Assembly: GCF_036321535.1 (NCBI RefSeq)
Contig: NC_087436.1
Coordinates: 558,001 to 622,000 of the forward strand
Direction: 5' to 3'
DNA: 64,000 bases
Origin: Camelus dromedarius
Lineage: Eukaryota
The notes beneath the pieces are model-generated. The model had not been told where the DNA came from, did not search any database, and saw only the letters and a list, made by a program, of their open reading frames with translations. The position numbers and the translations under genes are program-made. Positions 1 to 12,100 of the stretch are shown piece after piece (within the stretch, counting starts at the first letter, position 1; each line of letters opens with the position of its first letter).

Positions 1-3000
1 TTCTCTGTTTTCTCAGTCTGTTTCCTAGTGCCGGTTTGAAGTTCCTGCAGTTTTCACTGTGAAATCGAGTTGGAGCTTGTACCTCCCCATATATATGTAT
101 GGAATGGAGTTTGCAACTGAAAAGAAACTTTGTGTTCCCAACAAGCTAGGTGAAGGACGGCTTTCACACACACTTATCTCTCCGAACTGAGCAAGTGGAG
201 AGACGTTCGTTCATCTAGCACCAAGTGAACGGGTTGCAGGAGACACTTTTTCTCTGCTTTCTCAGTCTGTTTCCTAGTGCCGGTTTGATGTTCCTGCAGT
301 TTTCACTGTCAAACCGAGTTGGAGCTAGTACCTCCCATATATATGTATGGAATGGAGTTTGCAACTGAAAAGAAACTTTGTGTTCCCAACAAGCTAGGTG
401 AAGGACGGCTTTCACACACACTTATCTCTCAGAACTGAGCAAGTGGAGAGACGTTCGTTCATGTAGCACCAAGGGAACGGGTTGCAGGAGACACTTTTTC
501 TCTGCTTTCTCAGTCTGTTTCCTAGTGCCGATTTGAAGTTCCTGCAGTTTTCACTGTAAAACCGAGTTGGAGCTAGTACCTCCCCATATATATGTATGGA
601 ATGGAGTTTGCAACTGAAAAGAAACTTTGTGTTCCCAACAAGCTAGGTGAAGGACGGCTTTCACACACACTTATTTCCCAGAACTGAGCAAGTGGAGAGA
701 CGTTCGTTCATCTAGCACCAAGGAAACGGGTTGCAGGAGACACTTTTTCTCTGCTTTCTCTGTCTGTTTCCTAGTGCCGGTATGAAGTTCCTGCAGTTTT
801 CACTGTAAAACCGAGTTGGAGCTTGTACCTCCCCATATATATGTATGGAATGGAGTTTGCAACTGAAAGGAAACTTTGTGTTCCCAACAAGATAGGTGAA
901 GGACGGCTTTCACACACACTTATCTCTCAGAACTGAGCAAGTGGAGAGACGTTCGTTCATCTAGCACCAAGGGAACGGGTTGCAGGGGACACTTTTTCTC
1001 TGCTTTCTCAGTCTGTTTCCTAGTGCCGGTTTGAAGTTCCTGCAGTTTTCACTGTCAAACCGAGTTGGAGCTTCTACCACCCCATATATATGTAAGGAAT
1101 GGAGATTGCAACTGAAAAGAAACTTTGTGTTCCCAACAAGATAGGTGAAGGACGGCTTTCACACACACTTATCTCTCAGAAATGAGCAAGTGGAGAGACG
1201 TTCGTTCATCTAGCACCAAGGGAACGGGTTGCAGGAGACACTTTTTCTCTGCTTTCTCAGTCTGTTTCCTAGTGCCGGTTTGAAGTTCCTGCAGTTTTCA
1301 CTGTCAAACCGAGTTGGAGCTAGTACCTCCCCATATATATGTATGGAATGGAGTTTGCAACTGAAAAGAAACTTTGTGTTCCCAACAAGCTAGGTGAAGG
1401 ACGGCTTTCACACACACTTATCTCTCAGAACAGAGCAAGTGGAGAGACGTTCGTTCATCTAGCACCAAGGGAACGGGTTGCAGGAGTCACTTTTTCTCTG
1501 CTTTCTCAGTCTGTTTCCTAGTGCCGTTTTGAAGTTCCTGCAGTTTTCACTGTCAAACCGAGTTGGAGCTAGTACCTCCCCATATATATGTATGGAATGG
1601 AGTTTGCAACTGAAAAGAAACTGTGTTCCCAACAAGCTAGGTGAAGGACGGCTTTCACACGCACATATCTCTCAGAACTGAGCAAGTGGAGAGACGTTCG
1701 TTCATCTAGCACCAAGGGAACGGGTTGCAGGAGACACTTTTTCTCTGCTTCCTCAGTCTGTTTCCTAGTGCCGGTTTGAAGTTCCTGCAGTTTTCACTGT
1801 CAAACCGAGTTGGAGCTTCTACCTCCCCATATATATGTATGGAATGGAGTTTGCAACTGAAAAGAAACTTTGTGTTCCCAACAAGCTAGGTGAAGGACGG
1901 CTTTCACACGCACTTATCTCTCAGAACTGAGCAAGTGGAGAGACGTTCGTTCATCTAGCACCAAGGGACCGGTTTGCAGGAGACACTTTTTCTCTGCTTC
2001 CTCAGTCTGTTTCCTAGTGCCGGTTTGAAGTTCCTGCAGTTTTCACTGTCAAACCGTGTTGGAGCTAGTACCTCCCCATATATATGTATGGAATGGAGTT
2101 GGCAACAGAAAAGAAACTTTGTGTTCCAAACAAGCTAGTTGAAGGACGGCTTTCACACACACGTATATCTCAGAACTGAGCAAGTGGAGAGACGTTCGTT
2201 CATCTAGCACCAAGGGAACGGGTTGCAGGAGACACTTTTTCTCTGCTTCCTCAGTCTGTTTCCTAGTGCCGGTTTGAAGTTCCTGCAGTTTTCACTGTAA
2301 AACCGAGTTGGAGCTTGTACCTCCCCATATATATGTATGGAATGGAGTTTGCAACTGAAAAGAAACTTTGTGTTCCCAACAAGCTAGGTGAAGGACGGCT
2401 TTCACACACACGTATCTCTCAGAACTGCGCAAGTGTAGAGACGTTCGTTCATCCAGCACCAAGGGAACGGGTTGCAGGAGACACTTTTTCTCTGCTTTCT
2501 CAGTCTGTTTCCTAGTGCCGGTTTGAAGTTCCTGCAGTTATCACTGTAAAACAGAGTTGGAGCTTGTACCTCCCCATATATACGTATGGAATGGAGTTTG
2601 CAACTGAAAAGAAACTTTGTGTTCCCAAAAAGCTAGGTGAAGGACGGCTTTCACACACACTTATCTCTCAGAACTGAGCAAGTGGAGAGACGTTCGTTCA
2701 TCTAGCACCAAGGGAACGGGTTGCAGGAGACACTTTTTCTCTGTTTTCTCAGTCTGTTTCCTAGTGCCGGTTTGAAGTTCCTGCAGTTTTCACTGTGAAA
2801 TCGAGTTGGAGCTTCTACCTCCCCATATATATGTATGGAATGGAGTTTGCAACTGAAAAGAAACTTTGTGTTCCCAACAAGCTAGGTGAAGGACGGCTTT
2901 CACACACACTTATCTCTCCGAACCGAGCAAGTGGAGAGACGTTCGTTCATCTAGCACCAAGTGAACGGGTTGCAGGAGACACTTTTTCTCTGCTTTCTCA

Positions 3001-6000
3001 GTCTGTTTCCTAGTGCCGGTTTGATGTTCCTGCAGTTTTCACTGTCAAACCGAGTTGGAGCTAGTACCTCCCATATATATGTATGGAATGGAGTTTGCAA
3101 CTGAAAAGAAACTTTGTGTTCCCAACAAGCTAGGTGAAGGACGGCTTTCACACACACATATCTCTCAGAACTGAGCAAGTGGAGAGACGTTCGTTCATGT
3201 AGCACCAAGGGAACGGGTTGCAGGAGACACTTTTTCTCTGCTTTCTCAGTCTGTTTCCTAGTGCCGATTTGAAGTTCCTGCAGTTTTCACTGTAAAACCG
3301 TGTTGGAGCTAGTACCTCCCCATGTATATGTATGGAATGGAGTTTGCAACTGAAAAGAAACTTTGTGTTCCCAACAAGCTAGGTGAAGGACGGCTTTCAC
3401 ACACACTTATTTCCCAGAACTGAGCAAGTGGAGAGACGTTCGTTCATCTAGCACCAAGGAAACGGGTTGCAGGAGACACTTTTTCTCTGCTTTCTCTGTC
3501 TGTTTCCTAGTGCCGGTATGAAGTTCCTGCAGTTTTCACTGTAAAACCGAGTTGGAGCTTGTACCTCCCCATATATATGTATGGAATGGAGTTTGCAACT
3601 GAAAAGAAACTTTGTGTTCCCAACAAGCTAGGTGAAGGACGGCTTTCACACACACTTATCTCTCAGAACTGAGCAAGTGGAGAGACGTTCGTTCATCTAG
3701 CACCAAGGGAACGGGTTGCAGGGGACACTTTTTCTCTGCTTTCTCAGTCTGTTTCCTAGTGCCGGTTTGAAGTTCCTGCAGTTTTCACTGTCAAACCGAG
3801 TTGGAGCTTCTACCTCCCCATATATATGTATGGAATGGAGATTGCAACTGAAAAGAAACTTTGTGTTCCCAACAAGATAGGTGAAGGACGGCTTTCACAC
3901 ACACTTATCTCTCAGAAATGAGCAAGTGGAGAGACGTTCGTTCATCTAGCACCAAGGGAACGGGTTGCAGGAGACACTTTTTCTCTGCTTACTCAGTCTG
4001 TTTCCAAGTGCCGGTTTGAAGTTCCTGCAGTTTTCACTTTCAAACCGAGTTGGAGCTAGTACCTCCCCATATATATGTATGGAATGGAGTTTGCAACTGA
4101 AAAGAAACTTTGTGTTCCCAACAAGCTAGGTGAAGGACGGCTTTCACACACACTTATCTCTCAGAACAGAGCAAGTGGAGAGACGTTCGTTCATCTAGCA
4201 CCAAGGGAACGGGTTGCAGGAGTCACTTTTTCTCTGCTTTCTCAGTCTGTTTCCTAGTGCCGTTTTGAAGTTCCTGCAGTTTTCACTGTCAAACCGAGTT
4301 GGAGCTAGTACTTCCCCATATATATGTATGGAATGGAGTTTGCAACTGAAAAGAAACTGTGTTCCCATCAAGCTAGGTGAAGGACGGCTTTCACACGAAC
4401 ATATCTCTCAGAACTGAGCAAGTGGAGAGACGTTCGTTCATCTAGCACCAAGGGAACGTGTTGCAGGAGACACTTTTTCTCTGCTTCCTCAGTCTGTTTC
4501 CTAGTGCCGGTTTGATGTTCCTGCAGTTTTCACTGTCAAACCGAGTTGGAGCTAGTACCTCCCATATATATGTATGGAATGGAGTTTGCAACTGAAAAGA
4601 AACTTTGTGTTCCCAACAAGCTAGGTGAAGGACGGCTTTCACACACACTTATCTCTCAGAACTGAGCAAGTGGAGAGACGTTCGTTCATGTAGCACCAAG
4701 GGAACGGGTTGCAGGAGACACTTTTTCTCTGCTTTCTCAGTCTGTTTCCTAGTGCCGATTTGAAGTTCCTGCAGTTTTCACTGTAAAACCGAGTTGGAGC
4801 TAGTACCTCCCCATATATATGTATGGAATGGAGTTTGAAACTGAAAAGAAACTTTGTGTTCCCAACAAGCTAGGTGAAGGACGGCTTTCACACGCACTTA
4901 TTTCCCAGAACTGAGCAAGTGGAGAGACGTTCGTTCATCTAGCACCAAGGAAACGGTTTGCAGGAGACACTTTTTCTCTGCTTTCTCTGTCTGTTTCCTA
5001 GTGCCGGTATGAAGTTCCTGCAGTTTTCACTGTAAAACCGAGTTGGAGCTTGTACCTCCCCATATATATGTATGGAATGGAGTTTGCAACTGAAAAGAAA
5101 CTTTGTGTTCCCAACAAGCTAGGTGAAGAACGGCTTTCACACACACTTATCTCTCAGAACTGAGCAAGTGGAGAGACGTTCGTTCATCTAGCACCAAGGG
5201 AACGGGTTGCAGGGGACACTTTTTCTCTGCTTTCTCAGTCTGTTTCCTAGTGCCGGTTTGAAGTTCCTGCAGTTTTCACTGTCAAACCGAGTTGGAGCTT
5301 GTACCTCCCCATATATATGTATGGAATGGAGATTGCAACTGAAAAGAAACTTTGTGTTCCCAACAAGATAGGTGAAGGACGGCTTTCACACACACTTATC
5401 TCTCAGAAATGAGCAAGTGGAGAGACGTTCGTTCATCTAGCACCAAGGGAACGGGTTGCAGGAGACACTTTTTCTCTGCTTTCTCAGTCTGTTTCCTAGT
5501 GCCGGTTTGAAGTTCCTGCAGTTTTCACTGTCAAACCGAGTTGGAGCTAGTACCTCCCCATATATATGTATGGAATGGAGTTTGCAACTGAAAAGAAACT
5601 TTGTGTTCCCAACAAGCTAGGTGAAGGACGGCTTTCACACACACTTATCTCTCCGAACAGAGCAAGTGGAGAGACGTTCGTTCATCTAGCACCAAGGGAA
5701 CGGGTTGCAGGAGTCACTTTTTCTCTGCTTTCTCAGTCTGTTTCCTAGTGCCGTTTTGAAGTTCCTGCAGTTTTCACTGTCAAACCGAGTTGGAGCTAGT
5801 ACTTCCCCATATATATGTATGGAATGGAGTTTGCAACTGAAAAGAAACTGTGTTCCCAACAAGCTAGGTGAAGGACGGCTTTCACACGCACATATCTCTC
5901 AGAACTGAGCAAGTGGAGAGACGTTCGTTCATCTAGCACCAAGGGAACGGGTTGCAGGAGACACTTTTTCTCTGCTTCCTCAGTCTGTTTCCTAGTGCCG

Positions 6001-9000
6001 GTTAGAATTTCCTGCAGTTTTCACTGCAAAACCGAGTTGGAGCTTGTACCTCCCCATATATATGTATGGAATGGAGTTTGCAACTGGAAAGAAACTTTGT
6101 GTTCCCAACAAGCTAGGTGAAGGACGGCTTTCACACGCACATATCTCTCAGAACTGAGCAAGTGGAGAGACGTTCGTTCATCTAGCACCAAGGGAACGGG
6201 TTGCAGGAGACACTTTTTCTCTGCTTCCTCAGTCTGTTTCCTAGTGCCGGTTTGAAGTTCCTGCAGTTTTCACTGTAAAACCGAGTTGGAGCTTGTACCT
6301 CCCCATATATATGTATGGAATGGAGTTTGCAACTGAAAAGAAACTTTGTGTTCCCAACAAGCTAGGTGAAGGACGGCTTTCACACGCACTTATCTCTCAG
6401 AACTGAGCAAGTGGAGAGACGTTCGTTCATCTAGCACCAAGGGAACGGGTTGCAGGAGACACTTTTTCTCTGCTTTCTCTGTCTGTTTCCTAGTGCCGGT
6501 TTGAAGTTCCTGCAGTTTTCACTGTGAAATCGAGTTGGAGCTTCTACCTCCCCATATATATGTATGGAATGGAGTTTGCAACTGAAAAGAAACTTTGTGT
6601 TCCCAACAAGCTAGGTGAAGGACGGCTTTCACACACACTTATCTCTCCGAACCGAGCAAGTGGAGAGACGTTCGTTCATCTAGCACCAAGTGAACGGGTT
6701 GCAGGAGACACTTTTTCTCTGCTTTCTCAGTCTGTTTCCTAGTGCCGGTTTGATGTTCCTGCAGTTTTCACTGTCAAACCGAGTTGGAGCTAGTACCTCC
6801 CATATATATGTATGGAATGGAGTTTGCAACTGAAAAGAAACTTTGTGTTCCCAACAAGCTAGGTGAAGGACGGCTTTCACACACACTTATCTCTCAGAAC
6901 TGAGCAAGTGGAGGGACGTTCGTTCATGTAGCACCAAGGGAACGGGTTGCAGGAGACACTTTTTCTCTGCTTTCTCTGTCTGTTTCCTAGTGCCAATTTG
7001 AAGTTCCTGCAGTTTTCACTGTAAAACCGTGTTGGAGCTAGTACCTCCCCATATATATGTATGGAATGGAGTTTGCAAATGAAAAGAAACTTTGTGTTCC
7101 CAACAAGCTAGGTGAAGGACGGCTTTCACACACACTTATCTCTCCGAACAGAGCAAGTGGAGAGACGTTCGTTCATCTAGCACCAAGGGAACGGGTTGCA
7201 GGAGTCACTCTTTCTCTGCTTTCTCAGTCTGTTTCCTAGTGCCGTTTTGAAGTTCCTGCAGTTTTCACTGTCAAACCGAGTTGGAGCTAGTACTTCCCCA
7301 TATATATGTATGGAATGGAGTTTGCAACTGAAAAGAAACTGTGTTCCCAACAAGCTAGGTGAAGGACGGCTTTCACACGCACATATCTCTCAGAACTGAG
7401 CAAGTGGAGAGACGTTCGTTCATCTAGCACCAAGGGAACGGGTTGCAGGAGACACTTTTTCTCTGCTTCCTCAGTCTGTTTCCTAGTGCCGGTTAGAATT
7501 TCCTGCAGTTTTCACTGCAAAACCGAGTTGGAGCTTGTACCTCCCCATATATATGTATGGAATGGAGTTTGCAACTGGAAAGAAACTTTGTGTTCCCAAC
7601 AAGCTAGGTGAAGGACGGCTTTCACACGCACATATCTCTCAGAACTGAGCAAGTGGAGAGACGTTCGTTCATCTAGCACCAAGGGAACGGGTTGCAGGAG
7701 ACACTTTTTCTCTGCTTCCTCAGTCTGTTTCCTAGTGCCGGTTTGAAGTTCCTGCAGTTTTCACTGTAAAACCGAGTTGGAGCTTGTACCTCCCCATATA
7801 TATGTATGGAATGGAGTTTGCAACTGAAAAGAAACTTTGTGTTCCCAACAAGCTAGGTGAAGGACGGCTTTCACACGCACTTATCTCTCAGAACTGAGCA
7901 AGTGGAGAGACGTTCGTTCATCTAGCACCAAGGGAACGGGTTGCAGGAGACACTTTTTCTCTGCTTTCTCTGTCTGTTTCCTAGTGCCGGTTTGAAGTTC
8001 CTGCAGTTTTCACTGTGAAATCGATTTGGAGCTTCTACCTCCCCATATATATGTATGGAATGGAGTTTGCAACTGAAAAGAAACTTTGTGTTCCCAACAA
8101 GCTAGGTGAAGGACGGCTTTCACACACACTTATCTCTCCGAACCGAGCAAGTGGAGAGACGTTCGTTCATCTAGCACCAAGTGAACGGGTTGCAGGAGAC
8201 ACTTTTTCTCTGCTTTCTCAGTCTGTTTCCTAGTGCCGGTTTGATGTTCCTGCAGTTTTCACTGTCAAACCGAGTTGGAGCTAGTACCTCCCATATATAT
8301 GTATGGAATGGAGTTTGCAACTGAAAAGAAACTTTGTGTTCCCAACAAGCTAGGTGAAGGACGGCTTTCACACGCACTTATCTCTCAGAACTGAGCAAGT
8401 GGAGAGACGTTCGTTCATCTAGCACCAAGGGAACGGGTTGCAGGAGACACTTTTTCTCTGCTTTCTCTGTCTGTTTCCTAGTGCCGGTTTGAAGTTCCTG
8501 CAGTTTTCACTGTGAAATCGAGTTGGAGCTTCTACCTCCCCATATATATGTATGGAATGGAGTTTGCAACTGAAAAGAAACTTTGTGTTCCCAACAAGCT
8601 AGGTGAAGGACGGCTTTCACACACACTTATCTCTCCGAACCGAGCAAGTGGAGAGACGTTCGTTCATCTAGCACCAAGTGAACGGGTTGCAGGAGACACT
8701 TTTTCTCTGCTTTCTCAGTCTGTTTCCTAGTGCCGGTTTGATGTTCCTGCAGTTTTCACTGTCAAACCGAGTTGGAGCTAGTACCTCCCATATATATGTA
8801 TGGAATGGAGTTTGCAACTGAAAAGAAACTTTGTGTTCCCAACAAGCTAGGTGAAGGACGGCTTTCACACACACTTATCTCTCAGAACTGAGCAAGTGGA
8901 GGGACGTTCGTTCATGTAGCACCAAGGGAACGGGTTGCAGGAGACACTTTTTCTCTGCTTTCTCAGTCTGTTTCCTAGTGCCGATTTGAAGTTCCTGCAG

Positions 9001-9183
9001 TTTTCACTGTAAAACCGTGTTGGAGCTAGTACCTCCCCATATATATGTATGGAATGGAGTTTGCAAATGAAAAGAAACTTTGTGTTCCCAACAAGCTAGG
9101 TGAAGGACGGCTTTCACACACACTTATCTCTCCGAACAGAGCAAGTGGAGAGACGTTCGTTCATCTAGCACCAAGGAAACGGG

Positions 9184-12100
9184 TTGCAGGAGTCACTTTT
9201 TCTCTGCTTTCTCAGTCTGTTTCCTAGTGCCGTTTTGAAGTTCCTGCAGTTTTCACTGTCAAACCGAGTTGGAGCTAGTACTTCCCCATATATATGTATG
9301 GAATGGAGTTTGCAACTGAAAAGAAACTGTGTTCCCAACAAGCTAGGTGAAGGACGGCTTTCACACGCACATATCTCTCAGAACTGAGCAAGTGGAGAGA
9401 CGTTCGTTCATCTAGCACCAAGGGAACGGGTTGCAGGAGACACTTTTTCTCTGCTTCCTCAGTCTGTTTCCTAGTGCCGGTTAGAATTTCCTGCAGTTTT
9501 CACTGCAAAACCGAGTTGGAGCTTGTACCTCCCCATATATATGTATGGAATGGAGTTTGCAACTGGAAAGAAACTTTGTGTTCCCAACAAGCTAGGTGAA
9601 GGACGGCTTTCACACGCACATATCTCTCAGAACTGAGCAAGTGGAGAGACGTTCGTTCATCTAGCACCAAGGGAACGGGTTGCAGGAGACACTTTTTCTC
9701 TGCTTCCTCAGTCTGTTTCCTAGTGCCGGTTTGAAGTTCCTGCAGTTTTCACTGTAAAACCGAGTTGGAGCTTGTACCTCCCCATATATATGTATGGAAT
9801 GGAGTTTGCAACTGAAAAGAAACTTTGTGTTCCCAACAAGCTAGGTGAAGGACGGCTTTCACACGCACTTATCTCTCAGAACTGAGCAAGTGGAGAGACG
9901 TTCGTTCATCTAGCACCAAGGGAACGGGTTGCAGGAGTCAATTTTTCTCTGCTTTCTCTGTCTGTTTCCTAGTGCCGGTTTGAAGTTCCTGCAGTTTTCA
10001 CTGTGAAATCGAGTTGGAGCTTCTACCTCCCCATATATATGTATGGAATGGAGTTTGCAACTGAAAAGAAACTTTGTGTTCCCAACAAGCTAGGTGAAGG
10101 ACGGCTTTCACACACACTTATCTCTCCGAACCGAGCAAGTGGAGAGACGTTCGTTCATCTAGCACCAAGTGAACGGGTTGCAGGAGACACTTTTTCTCTG
10201 CTTTCTCAGTCTGTTTCCTAGTGCCGGTTTGATGTTCCTGCAGTTTTCACTGTCAAACCGAGTTGGAGCTAGTACCTCCCATATATATGTATGGAATGGA
10301 GTTTGCAACTGAAAAGAAACTTTGTGTTCCCAACAAGCTAGGTGAAGGACGGCTTTCACACACACTTATCTCTCAGAACTGAGCAAGTGGAGGGACGTTC
10401 GTTCATGTAGCACCAAGGGAACGGGTTGCAGGAGACACTTTTTCTCTGCTTTCTCAGTCTGTTTCCTAGTGCCGATTTGAAGTTCCTGCAGTTTTCACTG
10501 TAAAACCGTGTTGGAGCTAGTACCTCCCCATATATATGTATGGAATGGAGTTTGCAAATGAAAAGAAACTTTGTGTTCCCAACAAGCTAGGTGAAGGACG
10601 GCTTTCACACACACTTATCTCTCCGAACAGAGCAAGTGGAGAGACGTTCGTTCATCTAGCACCAAGGGAACGGGTTGCAGGAGACACTTTTTCTCTGCTT
10701 TCTCTGTCTGTTTCCTAGTGCCGGTTTGAAGTTCCTGCAGTTTTCACTGTGAAATCGAGTTGGAGCTTCTACCTACCCATATATATGTATGGAATGGAGT
10801 TTGCAACTGAAAAGAAACTTTGTGTTCCCAACAAGCTAGGTGAAGGACGGCTTTCACACACACTTATCTCTCCGAACCGAGCAAGTGGAGAGACGTTCGT
10901 TCATCTAGCACCAAGTGAACGGGTTGCAGGAGACACTTTTTCTCTGCTTTCTCAGTCTGTTTCCTAGTGCCGGTTTGATGTTCCTGCAGTTTTCACTGTC
11001 AAACCGAGTTGGAGCTAGTACCTCCCATATATATGTATGGAATGGAGTTTGCAACTGAAAAGAAACTTTGTGTTCCCAACAAGCTAGGTGAAGGACGGCT
11101 TTCAGACACACTTATCTCTCAGAACTGAGCAAGTGGAGGGACGTTCGTTCATGTAGCACCAAGGGAACGGGTTGCAGGAGACACTTTTTCTCTGCTTTCT
11201 CAGTCTGTTTCCTAGTGCCGATTTGAAGTTCCTGCAGTTTTCACTGTAAAACCGTGTTGGAGCTAGTACCTCCCCATATATATGTATGGAATGGAGTTTG
11301 CAAATGAAAAGAAACTTTGTGTTCCCAACAAGCTAGGTGAAGGACGGCTTTCACACACACTTATCTCTCCGAACAGAGCAAGTGGAGAGACGTTCGTTCA
11401 TCTAGCACCAAGGGAACGGGTTGCAGGAGTCACTTTTTCTCTGCTTTCTCAGTCTGTTTCCTAGTGCCGTTTTGAAGTTCCTGCAGTTTTCACTGTCAAA
11501 CCGAGTTGGAGCTAGTACTTCCCCATATATATGTATGGAATGGAGTTTGCAACTGAAAAGAAACTGTGTTCCCAACAAGCTAGGTGAAGGACGGCTTTCA
11601 CACGCACATATCTCTCAGAACTGAGCAAGTGGAGAGACGTTCGTTCATCTAGCACCAAGGGAACGGGTTGCAGGAGACACTTTTTCTCTGCTTCCTCAGT
11701 CTGTTTCCTAGTGCCGGTTAGAATTTCCTGCAGTTTTCACTGCAAAACCGAGTTGGAGCTTGTACCTCCCCATATATATGTATGGAATGGAGTTTGCAAC
11801 TGGAAAGAAACTTTGTGTTCCCAACAAGCTAGGTGAAGGACGGCTTTCACACGCACATATCTCTCAGAACTGAGCAAGTGGAGAGACGTTCGTTCATCTA
11901 GCACCAAGGGAACGGGTTGCAGGAGACACTTTTTCTCTGCTTCCTCAGTCTGTTTCCTAGTGCCGGTTTGAAGTTCCTGCAGTTTTCACTGTAAAACCGA
12001 GTTGGAGCTTGTACCTCCCCATATATATGTATGGAATGGAGTTTGCAACTGAAAAGAAACTTTGTGTTCCCAACAAGCTAGGTGAAGGACGGCTTTCACA

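Noticed and set aside
1715..1770. Hammerhead ribozyme as in newt, schistosome or cricket satellites and retrozymes: minus-strand CTGAGGA in CTTCCTCAG variants, plus-strand CTGAAAAGAAAC
   Set aside because: CUGANGA occurs only in a minority variant and is not followed by a closed stem II plus GAAA and stem III/UH. The plus-strand motif lacks the GA and stem II. An Infernal/Rfam scan of a dimer would be the definitive test.
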